Both the position numbers and the translations under genes were made by a program. From assembly GCA_012295275.1 (NCBI GenBank), contig CM022665.1, forward strand, positions 27,466,001-27,530,000: DNA of 64,000 nucleotides, in the 5' to 3' direction. This stretch comes from Chrysomallon squamiferum (Eukaryota > Animalia > Mollusca). Numbering within the stretch: the first letter of the stretch is position 1; every line of letters begins with the position of its first letter. Below the pieces are notes generated by a model. The model was not told the DNA's origin. It saw only the letters and a list, made by a program, of their open reading frames with translations, and searched no databases. Below, piece after piece: positions 29,212-43,754 of this stretch.

Positions 29212-30778
29212 TAATAATAATAAAAATAAATAAATAAATAATTAAGAAATTTGTGAACCTGTAATGGCTTCTTATTTATTTTTCTTGTCAGTGAAATATC
29301 TATTAATCCTATATTTAAAAAAGAAGTAGACTGTTTAAGAATTGTTGTGTATTAAGATAAATAATAATAATTATACAAATTTTAACAAACAGTTGTTTTA
29401 ACAGGATATTATTAATTTTAACATTTGAAAAAATGAAAAGATAAACATAAACAGTTGATTATATTCCTAACAGAGCCATGTCAAATTATAGTCTTACAAG
29501 AGTATAAGGTAAAATTAAACAGACAGCTGATAATATTCTGATTAATTTTAATCTTTATCAAGGAAAAACAACATAACCTTCAACAAACATAATTATGGTA
29601 GATAACATAAGAAAATGTTAATGCTGTGAATTATAACATTTATGAAGATAAAAATATAAAAGTTGACAAACTGTTTGTCCTGTATTTCAGCTCTCAAATG
29701 TGGGTGATGCCATTTATTCTACTCACTGCTTTGTTGACAACAGTGTCTTTTGTTTCATCCTGTATCATAAGCGTGGGATTCAAGAAATTTTGTGACACAC
29801 TTGTTCAAAGGCCAAAAACGCCAATTGCAAGGTAATAAATTTCCTTCTTCAGAACAATATTTCTTATTTAGTTTCTGCTATAAATGCCAGTACTGAACAT
29901 CATTAAGCTCAGGCATTATATAATAATAAAAATATAATACATTTTTTTTTAAACCTCCCAAAAAAAAAACTCTGACCACTACATTTATTTATCTTCCTTA
30001 ATTCCTTACAAATGTATTTTTATTAAAAAAAAATTAAAAATAATAAAAATAATCTTTTACAAATACATGTGATCTGGTTCTTTTACATAATCTGTTTCTT
30101 GACTGCTGATTTCTGTTATATTTGTTAAACACAGTTGCAGTGATGGTTCAGATCTGAACTGGAATTCTAATATTAATCCTTCACACTATTTTGCATATCT
30201 AACAGTCACACAGGTATGTTCAAATCCTAACTGTGAGATTTTTTTTTTTTTTAAAGTAATAATTATCAAATGAACTTAGCCATTATATGATCTTTTCTTT
30301 TCTTTAATTTTTACTGCATGCATTTAAAACTATTTTCCACTGTATAATTCACGAAACAAGCAATGCAGTGTATGTTTTCCTTTTAATGGGATTGTGCATA
30401 ATAAATATCTCTTGGTAGTAAATGTAACCAACAGTTTGATGGATCCAGATTTTAACTTTAAAAGAATTCTTGTAAAATAAATAAAATATAAATTCATGAT
30501 TGGCTATAAGTAAATATTTATTTATTATGCATGCATCCATGCATACCTACATACACATACACATGTATACATTTTTTATTTTTTTAACAAATGGACAGTT
30601 AGCTTCGTGGATCGCCTTCTTTGTTTGGTTGGCACAACTAGTACTGCTGATAATTCGATTTATCAGAAACCGAAGACTTCGATCAAAAGGTCAGATGGAG
30701 GACATAATACCATCACCAGGTACTTCACCTGTCAAAGATGATCTTGAGAAGTTTGCTTCCGTCCAACCGTCAGCGTAA
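28098..30778 (+). CDS. TMEM179: Transmembrane protein 179 family member (~235 aa, four TM segments)
   Basis: Exons 28098-28208, 28795-28991, 29691-29831, 30135-30213 and 30599-30778 total 708 nt and are open. QCLLY..GFVISIPLG, NFDGHCILYG, SCIISVGFKKFC, SCSDGSDLNW and QLASWIAFFVW match the TMEM179/179B pattern. Confidence 0.88.
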
Positions 30779-32549
30779 CAGGAAACAAACAGCCACAAGT
30801 TATTTGTGGTAAACCAACATGCTGGTATTAGTCCAGATGAAGGACATGCTAAGGAGAGGTAAAAATGTTTTCCTTTTTCTATGGTTAATTAGATTATTGG
30901 TTCATTTTCAAGCTTTTATTATTAATGAAATAAAATTGATTTATTTTCCATTGTGAGATGAAGCTGATTTATTTTCCATTATTTGATTGAAGTGGTTTAT
31001 TATACCATTACATAAAAGTTACACTGAATGAGAAAAAAAAATTTTTTATATATACCAAAATGTTTTATATATGTATTGTTACATATTATGTTGTTGCCTA
31101 AACCAAATAAGAGAAGCTGGTCATATCATATTTAATTGATTCATCTAGCACTTTAAACATAATTTTCTTTTATCAATTTTTGTTTTATTATATGTTTTGA
31201 AAATTTGTAATTTTTTTATATATATATATATATATATTTAGTTTGTTATAAAGTGGATAATATGGAGAAACGTGTTAGTCTGCTGTTTTTTTAACATCAT
31301 ACAAAAATCAAAATTATACTTTTGAATACAATTACTCTCTTTTGGCATCTTATGACAGACACTATAACAGTGTCTGTTCAGTAATTGGTATCCAGTATGT
31401 TTCATACTGAATGTAATTATTTTAAACTTTTGCATCTTAACCAAAATGTTTATCATTATGTTTTTATCAGAATTGTAACTTAGACATATGACATTTAAAA
31501 TTAACATGAATAGTTTTGTTATTATTAAAGATTAAAGAGAAAACCAGTGAGAAGAAAAAGAAAACGTATAATGTAAATTACAACATTATTTATTTATATA
31601 TTACCATACATTGAATTTAACTGAATCTTTATAATTATACTCAGATCTTCTCACACAGAAGAATGTTTATACTGTTTTTATGAAAAAAAAGAGAAGAAAT
31701 CATAAAATGTTTCTGTATTATAAAACTGATGTTTAAAGGCTGCCATACACTGAATGTACTTAAAATTTTATTAGAAACTACATCGAATGCAACTGAATTT
31801 ATATATTTTAAAAAGTTTTATTTGCAAATAAATCAAGGTATTGTTAATAAACATATATTTTTCTATCAAATATATTTATGCTTACTATAGTACATCTGAT
31901 ATTTTGTCAGATTTTTTAAAAATACATTTTATTGTGTGATTTTGTCAGTTGATAATTTTTTATACAAATTAGTTTCAGAATAACAAAGATTGGTTATATT
32001 TTTTATTTAGATGTGACCAATAAATACCCTTTTAAAAGAAATAAAGTAATTACAAATCCCAAGAACAGTGCCTTACAAACAGAATCAAATAAAATTCCTT
32101 AACACACACAGACTTACACAGTGAAACTCCTCCAAACTGAACTCCCTGTAAACAAAACTTATTTCTGTCCCATGTTTTTACTCAGCTTTAACCTCTGAAA
32201 ACTTGTCTACAGCGAATATCAAATACACTATTTGATCCTGTTGTGTTTTTTTTCTAAAGATCAAACAGTGAAATTAATAACAACTATGAAAGTTTACTCA
32301 AGGCAGTATTGGTGTCAAGTGATTTCATTTGGCTTTGGAAAAATCTAATGTATCCACCATGCATAAGTAAACAGAAATGTATAAATCAGTCTGTGAAAAT
32401 AATGCAAATGGAAGTAAACTGAGGTTTAAAAAAGACATGTAAATTTGACAAACTAAATGAATTTGTTTGGCAGTGGTTTTGTCATGTGCATGCAAAAACA
32501 CTTGTCAGTGGCTACATGTACATCTTGTAGACTGTTTCTTGAAACCTCA

Positions 32550-33031
32550 GTAAACCAAACACCTCTATAAACACACACACACACACAACCAAACACCTCT
32601 CTAAACACAAACACACATATTAATGAATGTCTTTCTAATGCATTTTTTTATATTTGAAATGTGTTCATTGTCTCATTTGTACATTAATAACTTTTTTGAG
32701 ATAAAGCCTCTCCAAATACACACACAACCACCTTTCTAAACACAAACACACACACAAACCAAACACCTCTCTAAAACACACACACACACACACACACATT
32801 AATGAATATCTTTCTAGTGCATTTTTATATATTTGAAATGTGTTCATTGTGTCTCATTTGTACATAAATAACTTTTTTGAGATAAAGCCTCTCTAAACAC
32901 AAACACACAAACACACACTCACACACACACACACACACACAAATTAATGAATGTCTTTCTAGTGCATTTTTTATACTTGAAATATGTCCACTGTGTCTCA
33001 TTTGTACATTAATAACTTTTTTGAGATAAAG
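32550..33031. repeat. Three imperfect tandem copies of a ~145-180 bp unit containing variable (CA)n
   Basis: The block TTAATGAAT.TCTTTCTA.TGCATTTTT...GTCTCATTTGTACAT.AATAACTTTTTTGAGATAAAGC recurs three times, ending near 32708, 32888 and 33031. Confidence 0.9.
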
Positions 33032-34364
33032 CAAACATTCCCATATCTGGGTTTCATTCAAACCCAGTAATTTATATTAAATTCTATACTGCTGTTATTA
33101 GGGTTTTTAAAACTTCTTTTTGTATAGACGTATTTATATTTGTAAATGCACACATGCATACATACACTTGTGTAACATATTATCTAGATGTAATCATGTC
33201 TCTTTATTATATTACAATCTGTATTATTTTGTACAGCTTTATATCAATTTGTTTGCATTAAAATACATAAATTTGCATAATATTTTACTGATGCAAGAAA
33301 ATTAAAGCATGGATTTTTTATAAGTCTGGACTGTTTTGGCAGTATTATATACTGTGGTCCTTTTTTTCTCCTTTTTTTTTCAATTATTTTCTACATATGC
33401 CCCAGTACATCAAAATGAGTCACAAGATGCATATGCAATTTTTCAATAAATGTATTAATAAATCAGAGGGTTGATGTTTTTCAAAACTGTCTTCATGTTT
33501 ATGCTTTGTTATGCTGTGTTTGCTAACAGAACAGGACAGGGACATCTGCAAACAGATAGTAATTATATCTATTTTCTAAAAACTAGAAAACTTGCTTCAG
33601 CTGTCAGTTCTAAAATGTAACAATAATAAACATGTCATTTCAAAACCTTCATCATCCCTCATCTTATATGAAAAGAAATCTCTGTCAAAACTTTTTTTTT
33701 CTGTGACTTACTTTGTTGTACCAGGTCATATATGTTTTTCTGATGCATATTAATAAAGGCAGCACTAAAAATCATTTATTGATAATCATTAGTAATCTTC
33801 ACTGTGTTCAAAATGTATTATTTGTATGTGTGTGTGTGTGTGTGTATATGTTGTGTTTTAAATTATTTTCCAATGTCATTCCTTAAAGGACCAACGTCAA
33901 GGAAATTTTATTAAAAATTGTATTTTATTCCAATGCAATAAGAAAAAGCAAAAGAAATCTCATTTTTTTATTTTAGTATTTGTAAACAGACACACACACA
34001 CACACTCTAATATATATTTATATAATGTAATATATAATAAATATTTAAATCAAGCAGAGACTTTGTATATGTGGCTTTGATAGAAAGAACAAAGCATACA
34101 AGTAGTTCATTGCAAATCTGGATCTGGATTAACAATGTGTCATGCACAATAAATATGTCACAGAGATTTGGTTTTTACCTTTAAGCCAGAACGCATAATT
34201 ATTCAAAATATTTCTGAAATGCTTTTTTATACACTCTTTATAGAAATGTATTTTATTGCACTGCATACTAAAAGCAAGCAGTTTTTAGATTGTAGTTTAT
34301 TTTTTTTGTATCATGATGATGCCTCATCTGGTACAATTCTGTATATTTGTAGTTAATATCTATT

Positions 34365-34395
<31 letters not shown>

Positions 34396-34684
34396 TAAAA
34401 TATCAACATAAAAGTGTTTTTGTCTTATTACAAAACAAAAACTGTTATAATGTTTTTTTTATTATTGATACAATAATTTCAATCACTTGATTTTTGATAC
34501 AGATAAAATTATGATAAATGAAATAATGAAGTCACAGATAATGAAAGTAATATAAGCTATGGATGGGTATACACAACAGTGTCACATTATCTCAGTGTAA
34601 TTTCTATGGCAGTAGTTTCATTCTGTATATTTCAAGGCAGTTAGTTTTCTTTTCCCGATATAACCAATTGGTGTCTCCCTTCTA

Positions 34685-37471
34685 TTAATGTCGACCTCTC
34701 CTGATTTAATAAATAAAAAGTTAAAAAAAATAATAATTTAATTCACTGTAGATATAAAAATAATTACCTTTCTTGAATAAAATTTTTTAATTTTAATTAT
34801 AGATCAATAACTATAACCTCATTTTGTTGTTGAAACTGAATTGTTCACATACAAGAGGTTAAACATTAAATTAAAGGAAACTACTGTGGGGTTTCACTCT
34901 CCAAGTTTTAACTTTTAAAGTAACCAAATGAGTGATTTAAAATCTTGATGTTTTAAGAATGAAAGTGACAGGTTAATTTTGTTTTTAATTACTTACTTTG
35001 TCTTTGGAGTTTCCGTTCCTTTACAGCTACGACATTCCCACCTGCCTGTAGGAATTGCTTTAAGACCAACACAGAATGTATGATATCCTCGATCACAGCG
35101 GTCACAAAACATCATTTTATCCTGAAAATCCACATAACCATTGATTATAACTAAATGTTTATTTCAACATGAGTAATATTAACAAAGACAGGTTCATTTA
35201 TACTAAAACCAAATTAACTTTACTCAGTGATATAACAATTGTATTTTATGTATTCAGATTCTTTCTAATTGTGGCTTAGCAAAATAAAAAAAAAAAAAAC
35301 AACAGTAAATAAACAAATTAATTAATTCCTTGGCTTCCAAAGCAAAAAATAAATTCACAAAAGTCCTCGTTACCTCATCAAATGGATCCAAGCATTCAAC
35401 GCAAGTTTTACATTCCATGCACTGCCATGGGTAAGTTTTAATAACAGCAACCATTTTCTTGGGTAGATCCAGGCATGAGGGATGTCCTGAAGTAAACAAT
35501 AATACACAAAAATATTTTAATATTTCATTTAAAAAGTGAATCCACTGAGATCTCTTATTTTTCTTCATCTTATGAACCAGTGTTATGCAGTCTAAAGGAA
35601 TGTTTCAGTGTTTTAATGAGTTGTAGATTTTTAAAATCTCCACTCAAATGGAGATAATAAATTAACAAAATCATATTTGTTAAAAAAGTTACAAAAATAC
35701 AATTTTTAAAACACTGAATTATAGCTTCAGCCTGAACTTTAATACACCATTAATATTTATTTAAAGTTCACTAGCACACTGCACCAAGTGAATAAATTAA
35801 TTACCTCAGGCTCAAGGTTTGTAAATTTATGTTATAATTTAATTTATAAATCGAGGTTTCGAGAAAAGTTTCAATCGAACCTGTAGCTCCACATTCAGAA
35901 CATTTAATGAGTGTGTCTTGTGGCAGAGAGTTTCGTCTTGCAGCTGGTAGCACAGCTTCCTTGCAGATCCGACAGATTTCAATTTTAGCCCTTTCTGACT
36001 GAAATAATAATTTGAATTAAGAAGATAAATAGTGAAAGAAGAGCAGTAGACAACATAACAACAAGAAAAGTGTTTACATCATCAATAACACAATCAGTTT
36101 TAAAAAGATACAGCGAAGTAAGAAAAGGTTCGACATAACAATAACAAAAGTTTCTACATCATCAGTTAAAATAATCAGTTTTAAAAAGTTGTATAGTTCT
36201 TTAAATCAGTAAAATATTTTTTTTTTAAATTGACATACAAGTTAGACAACCTGTGTGAATATTACTTATACTGTAGTATTTTCAATCAGTTTAGAATAAA
36301 AACCTCATGTCCAACATAAACTAGAAGCAGTATTAACTTGATTTCACATTTTCAGACCAAAAACACTAAACAGTCTTACAATGTATGTGGACAAATATGA
36401 TGCTATAATTATTACTAATGTCCACAATGTAGACAAGAATAATGCCTAAAAGAATTGATTTTAGATTATTTGAAAAACATTTCTTTCAGAAGTTGAACAA
36501 TAGACAAATCATAATTTAGGTCTAAACAAGTGATAAAAAAATAATTAAACGTAATTTAACATGTTTTATACACACAAACAAAATTTAAGACTGTCAAGCA
36601 GTCTGACACATAATAAAATTATATATATATTATACCTCTTTTTCATCCTGGTCATCATCATCATCACTGCTGCTGTTCCCAGAATCACTGCTGTCATCTC
36701 CATCACTCTCATTGTCAGAACCTGATTCAGCTTTGTCCTGTAAATAACAAAAACAATTACAAATTTTTTAAATTATTATTTATCATTGTTATTGCTAAAT
36801 CATTAATTCTTATATAATATTAAATTAAACCACTCCATGAAAAATACCCTTATTTTAATAACTGTGGTTGAATTGTGAAAGAGTAAAAGAATGTGTTTTA
36901 AATTTCAAAAACAATTATTTTAATAAAACACATTTTTGTTGCTGATTAATTTAGATGCTGATTTGATTACTGTTTAAGAAAGGATCATATTAGTGCAGAT
37001 AGTTAACATACAAGTAAGCATTCAATATTAAATGTTTAAAATGTAAAATATTTTGGAACTGAAATTATTTCTAAATTTGTTTAATAAATATGACACTCTA
37101 AAGTATGTTAATTTAAAAAGTAAATTTAAAAAATTAAATCTGAAGAATGATCAAACATGTATACATACATACATACATACACATATACATATGACAATTT
37201 TAAAATAAATAGCTAAAATAAGTGAATATAAAAGGGGTACAGAATTAAAAGAAAGGGTGGGTCAGCAGGATGTAACTGCAGCTCTTGGAAAATGCTGACC
37301 TTCGTCCATTACCTCTGCATTGTCCTCTATCTCTGATGAATCTTCTCCACTGGATGGTTTAGCCAGCTTCATTCCTTTGTTACTTGGTGGGTCATACATG
37401 ACAGTATTCAATGGCAGATACTTCAGTTCAGCTGGAGTATATCTACAGAAAACAGAATTTAAAAAAATGTA

Positions 37472-37528
<57 letters not shown>

Positions 37529-40500
37529 TAATTTGTATGTGTATTTCGAACACTGAGATAAAAATACACACAGTATCTTGAATGTCTAACACTGTCCCAG
37601 ATGGAATATTTTAATATATTTATTTTCAACATTTTTCTTGAAGCTGATGAATACTTTAACATTTATTTTTTTTTTATTTTTTTTTTTTATTATTCTCATT
37701 TTTCATCAATGGAAAGTTACTGTAAACCAACTGTCTAACTATTGTTACCAATGAACTATGTTGTACTTTAAACTACAAAAATCTGTTTTCTTATTACAAC
37801 TGACATTAATTAACTGTTCAGACTGGTATTGCAAAATTAAATCATTTAATCTACTTCATAATGGTGACCTCTGAAACCATGGCTAATCTGAAAAGCTTGT
37901 AAGACTAAATGTGGTATTGAGCGGTACTGTGGAGAGCGATAGCTGGACATAGTGCTTCAACTCTGAAATGTGGATTTTTTTTCTAGAAACCTTATGGCTG
38001 AATTTTTATAACATATATACATTTCAAAGTGCTTAAATTATATTTGCATTTTGAATTTAATGATTTGGATAATGATGAACTTTCATTACAATGAATGCTT
38101 AATAAAAACTTAAACTTTACTGCAAACAATGATTTTTATTTTTATTTTCTTATTTTCTTTTGTATGTTTAATCATCTTGAATGTAACAATGTCTTGAACT
38201 TGATTCTGAGTACCAGCAATTTTGAGATTTAGAGAGTTTACTCTGTCTGTGTGTCAATGTGTGTGTGTTTACACACCCACCCACACATGCACAGACACAC
38301 ACAGACATTAACATTTCTATTTTTATTATTTTAAAAATAACTTTAAGAGTAACATCAGTTTAATTCAGCAGTAACATCTTTTTTTCAATCCTGCTGTTTA
38401 TACAGAGAGAGATGAAAACAGTATATTATAATAATTATCTGGTGAAAATTTACCATCACATCATGAGACCTCCAAAACCTCTGTATGCAAATTATCCAGA
38501 CTTTATTTTGTATAAATTAAAATCTTGTTCAAGTCGAGCAAAAGTAATATTTGAAGTGAAAACCTTTTATAGAAGTTCTGGAACTGTCCAGGAATGAGAG
38601 CCACAGGGTAAGGTCCTGGGTTGGTGAGTTCTGGTGGCAGTTTCTTGAACTTTGTGACAGGATAATGAATCATCTGAAAACACATCAATAAGAAAACACA
38701 CTGAAATTCCCTCTGTCAGTGTCAACATTATACTTCACTAACAATAGTAATATTGATTCTTAACAACAGAAATAAAATGTAATGGATGTCAGGTAACATT
38801 TTTTCTTCTATTATTATTTTATTTTTATTACCATTATTTTTTGTCCACCTCGTATCTGTCTGTAATGTTTTCTAAAATCATTACAGTCATCAGAAGGTGT
38901 TGTAATCTAGGAAGATCAAGTGACAGTCACATGATCTCTCACATGTAACCATGTATCAAACTTCCATTAATCATCTCATAATGGTAATAATTATAAATGA
39001 CACTCAAGTAAAAAACAATTACCCCAAACAATAGGAACTTTAGATGAACATTAAAGAATGAACAACACTTGTTTCACAAAGATTGAGTTAAATATTGATA
39101 ATCAACAGTTGAGGAATTCAGTTGTTAACACAGGAGTTTTTATTCAGTTGTCTGCTGAACTGTTACAACAGAACAACAACAACAACACCATACAATCAGA
39201 ATTCAACAAACCACAAAATGCTCATCAGGATTTACATAAATGAGAAGTTGTTCTCAGTATCTAAATGGTACAAAATAAAAACAAATTTATATAAACAGGT
39301 TAGGAATGTCAGTGGAAGCAAATCATTTCCCACCTGAAATCATTTTATGTAAGAACATATGATCAACAGCAAATTGTTCAAACCACAATGCGTGATACAA
39401 TCTATTAATGGTGTAAACCTATAACAATGCACTAACAATTTTGTATTTATAAAGTTACTAATGAACTTACAAATGTTTGTAGATCAAAATAACATCTTCT
39501 TTCCTCTTTTCTCTCTCTGAAACTGAGAGTTGAATTCAGCTGCTGATCTAACTGCTTTCTTGATATAGTCAGCCATCTTGCCTTTATCTAGTTTTGGCTG
39601 AAAGGCCAATAATTGAAAGAATAATTTTTAAATAAGTATGATAAGTGACTCTGTAATAACACATTGTACTTCTTTGGAAATCATTTAATCATTCATAATA
39701 TTTTTCTGAACTGACATTCTTTGTGCAATTATTTAAGTAATTTTTAATGCATTCTGTTCATGTATTAGGATAAGAAGAAACAAGATTGCAGTTTTGGGGA
39801 AAAGATGAACAAAAATTAGTAGAAAAAATACGATGACACACACACAAAATTACAAAATATGAAGTTTCAAATTTGCCTAGTGCAATCTGGAAACAAATGA
39901 GTAAGGAAATAATTACTGATGCAGTTTTTAATATTTAGAATACCTTGGTAATTAAGTGATTGTTTAACATTATTATTACATAACTTATAAAATATTATAC
40001 TTACTACTCCATATTCTTTATGCTGTTCTCTGATTGTCTTTTTCTCACGTTCATGGAGAACATTAGCATATTCCTGTTGTCAATAATAAAGTAATTACAA
40101 ATTACTGAAATACTTTCCATAAAACTATTACTATTACAACAGAAATCTTTAGCGTAAAATTATCTTTTTCTCTTTATTGAAGTTTTTCTTTAGTAGCAAA
40201 ATGATGTAGATTTTCTGATGTCAGACTAATTGAAACACATAAGAGTATTTAACTTAAAACATCTGCCATGTCAAAATTAAGGCATATGTAGATAAGTGCT
40301 TTTTTCTAAATATCCCACATTAAAGACATTTCCATGTTCTACCAATCACTGCTCTAATTTATTTTACTCACTTGCTATTTTTGTGGATACATTAAAAACA
40401 TTTCTAAGTTCTACCAACCAGAATTCTAATTTATTTTACTCACTTGGTATTTTTCTGGATACATTAAAGACATTTGTAAGCTCTACCAACCAGAGCTTTA

Positions 40501-40951
40501 ATTGATTTTACTCACTTGGTATTTCTCAGGATAATCTTTAAGCATCAGATCATAAACTTCCTCACTTCGTAAAGCTGTTAAACCTGTAACAATGTATCGT
40601 TGTAAGTTTTTTCTCATATGTTTAATTACATCAGCACCATCCAAATCAGCAAAACATTAAAACAGGATACATATTTTTTTTTAAAGAAATGGATGTGAAA
40701 AAACAAAAATGTTCTTCTTTAAGAATATTTTATTATTAAAATGTTTAATTGATTATTATTATTATTATTATTATATTTTAAAATTTTTGATTTAAATATA
40801 TATTATAAAATAAATGTTTATTGTTCCTTATAATAACTGGCGATTATACTGTTCACATTAAACTGTGAATTTTATTTAATGGTTTAAGAAAATATATTGC
40901 AGGAATATGATTTATATTAGGAGCTTTAGAGTATCGAAGTTAAAATTGAAT

Positions 40952-41000
<49 letters not shown>

Positions 41001-43717
41001 TATATATATATACATATATATATATATATGTTTATTTATACATATACATATAAAATTTATTTATTTTATTATTATTTTTATTTTAGGTTTTGGGGGGGTA
41101 GTTGGTTTTTAACTTGTATATTATAAATTTAAAAAAATACAGACAACTGTAGTGAGACCAGAGAGAATTTAGTTTTTTATGTGAATCTTAAATAAAAAAA
41201 AAAAAAAAAAATTAATGTTTTATAATGATAAAAAAAAAAAAACCTATTTCTTTTTGATGGTTACTGTAATATATAAAACAGTTGGAACACATACTGCTAC
41301 AGGATATTCACACAACCAACAAGAAAACAGTAAGATCAGTGTGAAATCACAAGTATAAAATTTCAACAACAAGACAGGCCCCACTAATTATCACCCCATG
41401 GTGCTCCACAGGTGAGAGACGGAGGACTAATTACCTGAGGACAGGTACTAATTAAAGACGGTCTCTCCCAGTGACATTCATTAGAGCTGATGGCCTAAGG
41501 CTACCTGCTGCAGACCGAGGTATATCAGATATCACAGGTCCCAAGCAGGACACTACAGACAATATGAACATCTTCATGATCATCTGAAACTTTCCAGCCA
41601 CATTTAACAGACAAAAGCCAACAGCCGTCATCAAACCATGTGGGTTAAACAATGGGAGTCGGGGAGATTCATTTCATTTGTCAACACGGAGCAAAAGTTT
41701 TTCTTCAGTTGTTTGCTAATTGTCTCAGCTGGACAAAAACTTTCAGATGTTGTTAGAAAAGGGGTTAACTAATAAATTTAATATTAATATGATAGAGATG
41801 ATTGACATGCATGAGGTACTGATAAAGGTGAAAAAGACAAAGCGGAGGTTAAAAAACACTGACATACAGAAATGGATAACATTAACAGTGGGGTAAGTAG
41901 TCTGTTTGATAATTAAACTTACTATAAATAATTAAACCACTAATTTATTTTTAATATCTTTGGATTATAAATGAAAATGAACTATCAAATTGAGAAATTC
42001 CAATTTTAAAAAAAATCTAAACAAATTTTAAAAGATATATAAAAGAACACATGCACAAAAAAAAAAAAAAAAAAAATTAAAATAGAAGCTAACATTTTTC
42101 TTCTGTATTTATCTTATAATTCTTATAAATTTTAATTGATAATAATTATATACCATCATTACAATATTACTGTTAAATAAAGGAACCTTAAGACTGCGGT
42201 TTGTTTTCAAGAACACAATGAAATTTCTGAATCAAATGATTAATGAAAAAAAGTTAAATTAAACATCAAAAATTTTCTGTCTCAAATAAAACACAAAAAA
42301 AAAAAAAAAAAAAAATATCAACAAAATATTAATATATATTATGTAATGTAGTATGAAATTAAATTAAAAAAAAAAAAAACAATGACTAGAACAGAATAGA
42401 AAAAATGGAAAAAAAATACAATAAAACTATTTCTGCAATTATAATTTTTAAAATTACCTAAATCAGACTGAGTCTCTGTTACAGCACCACGACGACGAAG
42501 AAAATCTTTCTCTGTTTTGTCTGCAGTTCTACGATACAAATCTGTTAAATAAATATATAATAAAAAACAATTATAAAAAAATGTAAAATAACCTTATTAT
42601 ATTCTGGATGCAAATATCTTACAAAGTCTTGTTAGTAAAAAAAAAAAAAAAAAAAAAGAAAGATAAAAAAAATTAAGAAAGACTGTGAATGCTGATAATG
42701 AAAGACTATTTTAAGAACAACATATACAGAATGTTATTGCAAAGAACCAACTTATGTAATTAAAATCCTAATGATTTCACTACAGATTAATGAATTTATT
42801 TCAGAGTGTTCAGCAGATTTAAATAAAATAATAAAGTCATATGTAAGAAGCAAAATAAACAAGAATAATAAATAAAATAAACACAATGAAAAACAGATAT
42901 ACCTGGATATTTTCTTTTGAAAGATTTGATTCCCAGAAACTCACTAAGTTGTTCTTGTAGCATGTACCATTCTCCTCCATCTTGAGGCCATTGATACTCA
43001 AACAGACTTTCTGCTGGAAAACCATTCCTGAGGGAGAAAAAAAAAACAAAACAAGAAATGTAAAACAAAATGCTGCAAAACATGACAGTCACTTCTTTAA
43101 TAGTTATAAGAAACAGAATATTATATTACAAAAACCAATTAAATTTGATTGATGTTGTTATAAAAGAAATTAAATATTTAAAAATTTGTGTTCAAAATAT
43201 CGCTATAAAATTTATTAAACATTTTAAATATTAGTGGCTTGACAAAAAATGGAACAAGTTTGAATTTATTATCTGAAAATATGAAAGACTATTATTAAAT
43301 TTACTTAAAATAGTAACCATTCATTTCTTTTTAATTAAAAAAAAATAAGGATCATAATTTATATTTAGAATAAATGTCTGTTATTAATTAAAATTCTGAT
43401 GTGCACAAACATATAATCAGATACACCGTGCATTTTATAATCCAAAACTGCAGCTCAGACTATGTCAGTATTTATCAAATTACAACACATACACATAGTA
43501 CACACACACACACACTCAATTAAATTGATGACATAATAAGCCCATGGTTGGTATATTTATTTACAAATATACACATTTAACATTTTTAAAGACACTAAAA
43601 TATATCTTTGTTAATCCTTAGGTATTTAATAATAATAATAATAATAGTAATAATAATAATAATAATAATAAAAAATGTTAATAATAATAAAATGTTATAA
43701 AATGTTATAAAAAAAAA

Positions 43718-43754
<37 letters not shown>

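Noticed and set aside
30852-30865. Possible 3'UTR donor GAG|GTAAAA 80 nt after the TMEM179 stop (NMD trigger)
   Set aside because: The donor is weak, there is no clear partner acceptor, and such motifs are frequent in AT-rich DNA.
32550-33031. Repeat-spacer-like periodicity here and at 40316-40533 considered as a CRISPR array
   Set aside because: The context is eukaryotic, units are long and degenerate with no unique spacers, and there are no cas genes.
36052-36190. Box C/D-like words (TGATGA, CTGA) on the minus strand of a PHF10 intron
   Set aside because: They arise from a short ~80-bp local duplication and show no terminal stem or guide complementarity that I can identify.
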